From: Candidatus Omnitrophota bacterium
GTDB taxonomy: Bacteria > Omnitrophota > Gorgyraeia > Aquiviventales > Aquiviventaceae
NCBI GenBank assembly: GCA_016206685.1
Contig: JACQRB010000023.1
Location: 29,287-93,286 of the forward strand
Length of the DNA: 64,000 bases
Direction of reading: 5' to 3'
Positions 57,565-64,000 of this stretch are shown piece by piece (position 1 is the stretch's first letter; every line of letters starts with the position of its first letter). A model generated the notes under the pieces. That model saw nothing but the letters and a program-made list of their open reading frames with translations. It had not been told where the DNA came from and searched no databases. A program made the position numbers and the translations under genes.

Positions 57565-58701
57565 TCAATAGGTCACACGGTGAAAGACGTCCACGAGATA
57601 GGCCACGTCGTCCGGCGTCAGCCGCTGGTGACAGCCGATGTAGAACCCGCAGGCGTTGATCCGTCTGGCATTGGGAAACCGGTCCTCCACGTCGCCGAGG
57701 ATCCGGCGGACAATGGGCTGATTCGTCAGCGGCATCATGTCACGCGTTTCCACGCCCCAGTCGTTGAGGTGGCGCACCAGCCGGATCTTCAGCTCGGGGG
57801 TCGCGCAGACGATTGGAAACATCATGAAGGTGTTGTTCGCGGGATCCGGTAATTGCAGCGCCGGCAGATCGCGCAAGCCTTCGATGAGGACGCGGGCGTT
57901 GGCGACCCGGCACTGCAGGATCTGCTCGATGCGCTCCATCTGCCCGAGGCCAAGCGCGGCATTGAGGTCGCCCAGCTTGAACGAAAATCCCACGTCGTTG
58001 AACGTAAAGCGGATCGAGTCGTCCAAGGCGTCCACGCGCAGGCCGGCGTAGAGGTCCGAGCCGCACGCCCGACCGTGGTTGCACAACCGCTTGACGTCCT
58101 CATTCAATTCCGGGCGGTTGGTCAGCACCATCCCGCCGACGGCCGTCGTGATCGTGTGGGCCACATAGAAGCTGAGACACACCAGATCCCCATAGCCGAT
58201 CCCTGGCGCGCCGAGGCTCTCGCAGGCGTCTTCCACGACCGGCACGGATTGCGGCGGTATCTGCACCGACTTGCCGAACATGTGCACGGGTATCGCCACG
58301 TCGTAGCGCGCGGACGGCTCCAACAGGCCCAGATTAATGTTGTACGTCTTCGGATCAACATCGCACAGCACCACCTCCAGCCCTGCGTTCCAGATCGCAT
58401 GGAGGGTCGAGATATAGGTGATCGCCGGCGCCAGCACCAGGCGAACCTTGGGGTGGCGCAGCTTCAGCGCTTCCAGGGACAGGTGCAGCGCCGATTGCCC
58501 GCTGTTGCAGAACGTCCCGAAGCGCATCTGGTGGAAGACGGCCACCCTCTCCTCGAACTGCTGGGTCTTTTCCCCTGGGGAAATCTTGCCGGAGCGCAAG
58601 CAGTCGGTCACCAACTCGATCTCGCGCGGCGTGATGTCCGCCACCCCCAACGAGATGAACCGCCGGGCGGATGAGAGTGTGGCGTGTGAGGTCTGTGCCA
58701 T
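57565..58701 (-). CDS. DegT-family aminotransferase, GDP-perosamine synthase-like (Per/RfbE)
   Basis: 378 aa DegT fold ([22 protein letters not shown]) directly downstream of gmd. The Per assignment is inferred from context. Confidence 0.55.
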   Translation of the reverse strand: MAQTSHATLSSARRFISLGVADITPREIELVTDCLRSGKISPGEKTQQFEERVAVFHQMRFGTFCNSGQSALHLSLEALKLRHPKVRLVLAPAITYISTLHAIWNAGLEVVLCDVDPKTYNINLGLLEPSARYDVAIPVHMFGKSVQIPPQSVPVVEDACESLGAPGIGYGDLVCLSFYVAHTITTAVGGMVLTNRPELNEDVKRLCNHGRACGSDLYAGLRVDALDDSIRFTFNDVGFSFKLGDLNAALGLGQMERIEQILQCRVANARVLIEGLRDLPALQLPDPANNTFMMFPIVCATPELKIRLVRHLNDWGVETRDMMPLTNQPIVRRILGDVEDRFPNARRINACGFYIGCHQRLTPDDVAYLVDVFHRVTY

Positions 58702-58711
58702 GTCGTCTGTC

Positions 58712-60214
58712 TTACTTTGCCGCCAGCGCCACAGAGGGGGCTGCCACCGACGCGCGGGGCGCCGCCCCTCGAACCTGCTGCCAGTCCTGCGGCGTCACGA
58801 TCCGCAGCACCCACAGCAGGACGACATAGCCTAACAGCCAGACGCCGCGGGCGGCTGCCGGCAACGGGACGCCCCGCGCCATGCCATAGAGCACCGCCGC
58901 TGCCCCCACTGTCAGGGCCACCTGGCCGGCCCGCACCGGCATCGGATACCGCCGCTGCGCGGCGACCCATGTGGCGGCAGCAGCCAGCGCGTAGGCGGCG
59001 ATCGTCGCCCAGGCCGCGCCCCACATGCCCCACCGCGGAATCGTCCACCAATTCAACGCCGCGTTGAGCAGGGCCGCGCTGCCCAGCACGACCGGCTGCA
59101 CCCACACGTCGCGCGTCACCAGCAATCCGGAGAGCATGAAACTGTAGACGGCGTAGCTCAGGCAGGCCAGCACGATCAACGGGACGATGCCGGCGCCCAC
59201 CCCATACGTGTTGGGAGCCAGCACGGCCATCAGCTCGCCCGCCCAGAGACTGATCGCCAGCCCCAGCAGGCACAACCCGGCCAAGGCGTAGCGGAAGACC
59301 GTCGCAAACGCCTGCGGAGCGTGCGGCGCGCGCGCGATCGAGAACATCAACGGGATCCAGGCCACCATGAACGCCTTCACCGCCAGCAGCGGGATTTGTC
59401 CGAGCTTGTAGCCAACGGTGTAGACGGCCACCTGCTCCAGCGTCGCCAACAGGCCGAGGAAGTAACGGTCCGAGCAATCGATCACCCACGTGAACAGCAG
59501 CGCCGGGAAAAACGGCATCCCGAAGGCCAGCATCGCCTTCAGCTCGCTCCAGGACGCCTGCGGGGAATAGTCGCGCCGGTTCAGCCACGCCGCCAGCCCG
59601 AGGATGCCCAGCCCTGCCAGCAACTGGCCCTCGAACACGCCGGCCAGTCCGCGCTGGCGCAGCACCACGAGCTCGTACGTCGCAGCGATCAGCGCCAGGC
59701 TGCGCAGCGCTGAGACGGCCGCGAACGCCCGCACGCGGCCGCGCAGGCGCAGGGCGGCGATCGGCACGTCGGCCCAGGACGTCACCAACGTGCTCAGCAG
59801 CATCAGCGGCACCGCCCCGCCCGCCACATGGGCCTGCCACGCAGCCGGCACAAGCCGCGGCGCCAGCCACAGCCACACGATCGTCCAGAGCGCCGCGTGC
59901 CCGGCGAGGAATCCCCACGCCGTGGACACCACCGCCTGCCGCCGTTGCACCTGGTCGGCGTCATGCTCGAAGTACCGCCGGAAGAGCGCATTGATCATGC
60001 CCAGATCGTAGAGGAACGCCAGCACGCCTGAGGTCACCAGGAGCAGCGCCAGCACGCCGAACGCCTCGGCTGAGAGATGCCGCGTGTAGAGCGGCAACAG
60101 CAGCAGGTTGGTCAGCGGCATCAACCCCACGGCGATGCCGTAGACGAGCGTATGCGTCGCAGCCTTCTGGAGCACCTTCGTAGTCTCAGATGATGCGGAT
60201 GAGATCATCGCCAT
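58712..60214 (-). CDS. MOP-superfamily oligosaccharide flippase (Wzx-like polysaccharide biosynthesis protein)
   Basis: 500 aa with approximately 14 hydrophobic segments and the typical Wzx layout. Confidence 0.6.
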   Translation of the reverse strand: MAMISSASSETTKVLQKAATHTLVYGIAVGLMPLTNLLLLPLYTRHLSAEAFGVLALLLVTSGVLAFLYDLGMINALFRRYFEHDADQVQRRQAVVSTAWGFLAGHAALWTIVWLWLAPRLVPAAWQAHVAGGAVPLMLLSTLVTSWADVPIAALRLRGRVRAFAAVSALRSLALIAATYELVVLRQRGLAGVFEGQLLAGLGILGLAAWLNRRDYSPQASWSELKAMLAFGMPFFPALLFTWVIDCSDRYFLGLLATLEQVAVYTVGYKLGQIPLLAVKAFMVAWIPLMFSIARAPHAPQAFATVFRYALAGLCLLGLAISLWAGELMAVLAPNTYGVGAGIVPLIVLACLSYAVYSFMLSGLLVTRDVWVQPVVLGSAALLNAALNWWTIPRWGMWGAAWATIAAYALAAAATWVAAQRRYPMPVRAGQVALTVGAAAVLYGMARGVPLPAAARGVWLLGYVVLLWVLRIVTPQDWQQVRGAAPRASVAAPSVALAAK

Positions 60215-61428
60215 TGCCTGACGTAGAGCTCCAGGTACACTTTCGCGATCTTCCTTGAGTCATAGTAGGTTTCGATGTACGTCCGCCCGCGCGCGCCCAG
60301 CGATTGGCGCAGCTGTGGATTGGTGACCAGCTCGCGCAGGCGGTCGGTCAGCGTCTCCGGGTTCGCGTTCACGATGGGGTTGCCGGGCGGCACCAGTTTG
60401 TAGGCGTCGTCGTGGAGGAAGCAGACGGCGGGCTTGCCCATGGCCATCGCTTCAATTGAGACGTTGCCGTGAAATCCCGAGAGGAGCTGCTCAATCACCA
60501 CGTCCACCTGCTGGTAGTAGTACGGCATGGCGTCGTTGGGCACGCGGTCCAAAAATACCAGCTCCACCGGCAAGCCCTCCGCTTTCAGGTGATCGATGGC
60601 CGCGCGCACCACGCTGGTGCCTTTCCAATCGCCGCGCGTGTCCCACGTCTGGAACGGATGGAGAATCCGCACGGTTGACGACGGGGGCAGCCGGTGCTCC
60701 GGTGGAATCTCGGCGGCGGGCTTCCAGCGCTCCAGGTCGATCGCGATCGGAATGAACAGCGCATCCGGGACGTTGCGCAGCACTTCCAGGCCGCTGTAGA
60801 CCCGGAAGTCGGCGTAGCGCAGGTGCAGGAGGTTGTCCCGCAGCTTGCGCGAGTTGGCGTAAAAGCGGATGTCCCGCTTGACCGCGCCGTAGCGCTCCCA
60901 CAACAGCGCCGGGCTCTGCAGTTTGACGTCGAAGCCCCAGTACTGGAACACCACGACTTTGCGGAACAGCCGCAGCAGCCTGAGATCCCAATCGCCGTGG
61001 CTGCCTAGGAACGATTCGGAATGGAAATGGAACACGTCGTAGCGACACAGCGCCAAGACGAAAAACCGCACGAAGCGCCAGACGCAGACCAGCGTGCGCC
61101 ACCACTGCGACGGGTGGAGCGAGAGCGAATCCCGTTTGAAGTCCAGGTCGATGTCGCAGTCGGTCGTCGGATAGCCGGCCTGCGCGCTGAACGCCATCAC
61201 CTCGCTGACGTGGCCCAAGGCGCGCTGGGCCCGCGAGACGGTCCACTGCTGATGCGTCACGATGGCCGGCGCGTGCAGAATGCGCAGTCGGCGGTCGGGG
61301 GCAAAGCGCCGGGGGCCGCGGATGTTGTACCACGGCACCTCCAGTGTGGCGTGATCGGTCGGCATTGGCCACAGGCCGTCGGCTGGGGCGGTGTCCGGTG
61401 GTGTGGTGGCGATGGTGGTCTCAGACAT
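60205..61428 (-). CDS. GT-B fold glycosyltransferase (GT4-like C-terminal domain)
   Basis: The C-terminal NVSIEAMAMGKPAVCF resembles the Glycos_transf_1 motif, and the N-terminal domain is divergent. Confidence 0.5.
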   Translation of the reverse strand: MSETTIATTPPDTAPADGLWPMPTDHATLEVPWYNIRGPRRFAPDRRLRILHAPAIVTHQQWTVSRAQRALGHVSEVMAFSAQAGYPTTDCDIDLDFKRDSLSLHPSQWWRTLVCVWRFVRFFVLALCRYDVFHFHSESFLGSHGDWDLRLLRLFRKVVVFQYWGFDVKLQSPALLWERYGAVKRDIRFYANSRKLRDNLLHLRYADFRVYSGLEVLRNVPDALFIPIAIDLERWKPAAEIPPEHRLPPSSTVRILHPFQTWDTRGDWKGTSVVRAAIDHLKAEGLPVELVFLDRVPNDAMPYYYQQVDVVIEQLLSGFHGNVSIEAMAMGKPAVCFLHDDAYKLVPPGNPIVNANPETLTDRLRELVTNPQLRQSLGARGRTYIETYYDSRKIAKVYLELYVRQWR

Positions 61429-62080
61429 CGGCGAGTGCTGGTTTGCGTTTTACGGTCCGCGCGGGCCTGCCCCACGCAGAGGTGTGATCCGGCACGTCGT
61501 GCAGCACCAGGCTGCCGGCGCCGATCGTCGCGTATTCGCCGATGGTGCACTTGGCGATCATGCTCCCCATGCCGATGAAGGCATGGGCGCGGATCTTCAC
61601 GTAGCCGGCAGTCATCACGCCGGTGGTAATGTAGACGTCCTCGTCAATCTCGTTGTCATGTTCGAGAATCACGCCGCTCCAGAGCACCCCGTAGTCGCCG
61701 ATGCGCGTGCCGGCGTTGACGACGGAGCCGGCGCTGATGAACACCCCGCGGCCCAGGCGCACGTCCGGATTGACCATCGCGCTCGCATGGACCGCCGAGG
61801 CCCACTCGCAACCGCTCTCGTTGATCAACGCGATCAGCTCCTGCCGATCCTGAAAGAAGCGGTAGCCCACCCCCAGCGCCACATGGCTGATGCGGTGGCG
61901 TCGGATGATGGACGGCAGATCGCGGCAGCGTCCAAAAATCGGCCGCCCGCAAAAGTCGTCTCGGCGGCCGTCATCGAGGAACCCGACGACCGTCTTGGCC
62001 AATCCGTGCGAGGCCAGCGCCCCGTAGAACGCCCGGCCCAACCCTGCTGCTCCAAGAATCGCGATACGTGACGGCTTCAT
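61421..62080 (-). CDS. NeuD/PglD-family sugar N/O-acyltransferase (left-handed beta-helix hexapeptide repeat)
   Basis: The internal start MKPSRIAILGAAGLGRAF is an N-terminal Rossmann-like domain. Hexapeptide repeats follow (VRLGRGVFISAGSVVNAGTRIGDYGVL...). It has an ATGA overlap at 62077-62080. Confidence 0.7.
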   Translation of the reverse strand: MKPSRIAILGAAGLGRAFYGALASHGLAKTVVGFLDDGRRDDFCGRPIFGRCRDLPSIIRRHRISHVALGVGYRFFQDRQELIALINESGCEWASAVHASAMVNPDVRLGRGVFISAGSVVNAGTRIGDYGVLWSGVILEHDNEIDEDVYITTGVMTAGYVKIRAHAFIGMGSMIAKCTIGEYATIGAGSLVLHDVPDHTSAWGRPARTVKRKPALADV

Positions 62081-63429
62081 GGAACAGCGACCCGAGACCG
62101 TCGCCAAGCCACCAGACCGGCTGCAGCGAACAGGAGATAGAGTGGAATCACAGGGACTGTCTGGCGCCCATAGCCAAAGAGCAGCGCATGGACGCCGTTG
62201 AAGTACACGATGGCCAGACCCAGGGGCCACCACGCCCGCCATCGGTGCCGCTGCCGCCACATCCCAATGCCCGCCAACACCAGCAACGGATAGGCCAAGA
62301 GACGAATCACTCCGCGGACGGCGGAGAGCCCCGCCTGACCGTACGGCCGGCGTGCGGCCCACTCAACCACCCGGGGGTGATTGAGCGCAGGCAGGTAGCT
62401 GAAGGCCGTCAACTTGATCCACTCCACCGGGGTCTGCAGCAGGTATCTGACCGGGTGACGCCGGATGAGTCGCCAGGCCTCTTGTCCCATGACATGGTCG
62501 GCTTCCACCTGACTCAACCCGTCTGCCATCAGGCGCCGGCGCCGCTCAAGGGCCAGATGAGAATCGCGCAGCACCACCTCCTGAGGACTCTCCGAGGCTG
62601 ACGGAAACACCGCCTGCCCGAGATACTCTGAAAAGTTATAGAGGCCGGCCTGAAGGATCTGTTGAGGAGTATCGTGCACTTTATTCGCCCGCATCCAGAG
62701 GATCAAGTCGCCGCGGAGGCTGACCTGCGGAATCTGAAACACCCGCTGGTTGCGCAGGATCCACGGGGCGACCGCCAGGCCGCAGCCGGCGAGCAGAACA
62801 ACTCCCCGGATCATCCGATGCCGCAGAGGACGTCCCTGAGCGCGAACCGCGATGACGCCGACCACCGCCAGGAGCGCCAACGGCCCCATCACAGCTTTGC
62901 ACAAGACGGCGCCCCCCAAGACGGCGCCCGCGAGGGCCCACCAGAACAGGCGGGACCGGTGCCAGGCGAGACACAGCCCCCCGACCGCTGCCATCAGCAA
63001 CGCGGTCGCCAGTGTTTCGGTCAAGAGACAGGTTGGATAGTTCGCCAGCGTTGGAAAACAGGCCGTCGCCACTCCTGCCCACCACCCCACCGCTTCGTGA
63101 AACAGCCACCGCCCCATGAAGTACGTCATCACGCTGGTCACCGCAAACAAGGGGATTTGGAACCACGGCACCAGATCGGGACGATGGCCGATGGTCCGGT
63201 ATAGGATCGCCAACCAGGCAGGATAGAGGGGTTCCCGAAACATCGTCGGGGTAAACGGGGCGCTCGTCTCCAACGAAAACCCGCGTCCCAGCGCGAGATT
63301 CCACCCCAAGGCATCGTACTGGAGCGCATCGCCATCAGCGCCCAGAGGCTGGTGACCCGCCAGGACGAACGCGGCGCTCGTCAGGGTGGCCAGGAGCACG
63401 ACCAACAGCCACGTTCGATTCGAACTCAT
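62077..63429 (-). CDS. GT-C fold membrane glycosyltransferase (ArnT/PMT_2-like)
   Basis: The internal start is MSSNRTWLLVVLLA. FREPLYPAWLAI resembles the ArnT/PMT_2 first-loop motif. The protein is polytopic. It has an ATGA overlap at 63426-63429. Confidence 0.65.
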   Translation of the reverse strand: MSSNRTWLLVVLLATLTSAAFVLAGHQPLGADGDALQYDALGWNLALGRGFSLETSAPFTPTMFREPLYPAWLAILYRTIGHRPDLVPWFQIPLFAVTSVMTYFMGRWLFHEAVGWWAGVATACFPTLANYPTCLLTETLATALLMAAVGGLCLAWHRSRLFWWALAGAVLGGAVLCKAVMGPLALLAVVGVIAVRAQGRPLRHRMIRGVVLLAGCGLAVAPWILRNQRVFQIPQVSLRGDLILWMRANKVHDTPQQILQAGLYNFSEYLGQAVFPSASESPQEVVLRDSHLALERRRRLMADGLSQVEADHVMGQEAWRLIRRHPVRYLLQTPVEWIKLTAFSYLPALNHPRVVEWAARRPYGQAGLSAVRGVIRLLAYPLLVLAGIGMWRQRHRWRAWWPLGLAIVYFNGVHALLFGYGRQTVPVIPLYLLFAAAGLVAWRRSRVAVP

Positions 63430-64000
63430 TGAACGCCCGATTCCACCGGGCTCGGCTCCGAAGTCAGACCGTCCACAACGTCCGGCGTCGGGATCGGAAT
63501 CACGAACCGTCCTCCCCGCCGCGCAAACGGCTGCATCTGGCGGATGATTTCTTCCTTGAAGTTCCACGCCAGGATGAGCAGATGCGTGGCCGGGCTCGCG
63601 AGCCAGTGCTCCACCGGTTTCACCGGCAGATGCGTCCCTGGCGTGTAGCGGCCCTGTTTGAGCGGGCTGCGGTCAAGGATGCATTCCAATGAGGCAGCCA
63701 CCGACGGACAATAGTTGAGCAGCGTATTCGCCTTCGCCGCGGCCCCATAGCCCATGAGCCGAGCGCCGCCCTTCTGTAATTCCCCTATCCAGTTGGTGAA
63801 ATCGTCCCGCCACCTGCGGACCGATGCGCCAAACTGCGTCAACGTCTGGGGCGACGTCAGCGCCAGTCGCCGCTCTTCCTCGAGCAACTGTTCCAGACGG
63901 GGCGACCGGATGATCCCCCGCCGCGGCCGGCGCACGTAAAACAGGATCGATCCCCCATGGAGCGTGATGCGTTCGGCATCGACCAGGTCCAGTCCGTGAT
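63426..64000 (-). CDS. NDP-hexose C-methyltransferase family, C-terminal fragment; the gene continues upstream beyond the window end
   Basis: Manual translation past the GTG at 63935 continues in frame (...HGLDLVDAERITLHGGSILFYVRRP...). The C-terminal LLILAWNFKEEIIRQMQPFARRGGRFVIPIP matches the C-MT C-terminal domain of the other two copies. Confidence 0.6.
   Translation of the reverse strand, partial: HGLDLVDAERITLHGGSILFYVRRPRRGIIRSPRLEQLLEEERRLALTSPQTLTQFGASVRRWRDDFTNWIGELQKGGARLMGYGAAAKANTLLNYCPSVAASLECILDRSPLKQGRYTPGTHLPVKPVEHWLASPATHLLILAWNFKEEIIRQMQPFARRGGRFVIPIPTPDVVDGLTSEPSPVESGVQ

Overview
This high-GC bacterial window is almost entirely one co-directional, minus-strand glycan-biosynthesis mega-locus; the taxon cannot be determined from the sequence alone. 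It holds about 59 genes transcribed from coordinate 64000 towards 1. At least 25 start/stop junctions are 4-nt ATGA overlaps, indicating translational coupling. Only two real intergenic gaps exist, at 25093-25143 and 52445-52487. Modules recognised from motifs are listed below.

(i) A nonulosonic-acid (pseudaminic/legionaminic-like) module at roughly 7822-19583. It contains a NeuB-family synthase, a DegT aminotransferase, SDR enzymes, a cytidylyltransferase-GNAT-GNAT fusion, and two adjacent amidotransferase systems (AsnB-like, and WbuX-like PP-loop enzyme + HisH + HisF). A DUF692/MNIO-like TIM-barrel gene is embedded in it with ATGA coupling on both sides.

(ii) A dTDP branched-chain 6-deoxyhexose module: RmlB, an RmlD::sugar-C-methyltransferase fusion, a cupin epimerase/isomerase, and two further C-methyltransferase paralogs (one truncated by the window edge).

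(iii) A GDP-perosamine-like module: two Gmd paralogs, an Fcl-like reductase, a Per-like DegT enzyme and a NeuD/PglD-like acyltransferase.

(iv) An extracytoplasmic polyprenol-phosphate-sugar glycosylation apparatus. It has five Dpm1/ArnC-like GT2 enzymes, an ArnE/F-like 4-TM flippase subunit, five GT-C membrane proteins (three GT39-like tandem paralogs) and two GT87/DUF2029 proteins. GT4 enzymes, a Wzx-like flippase and a fused ABC exporter are also present.

(v) At least nine class I SAM methyltransferases, including a clear CmoA (carboxy-SAM synthase) homologue, plus a radical SAM/SPASM enzyme.

A visibly lower-GC methyltransferase gene (52488-53186) is flanked by an imperfect 23-nt direct repeat and looks like a later insertion. 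All long plus-strand ORFs in the track are antisense artefacts. No rRNA, tRNA, CRISPR or transposase was recognised.
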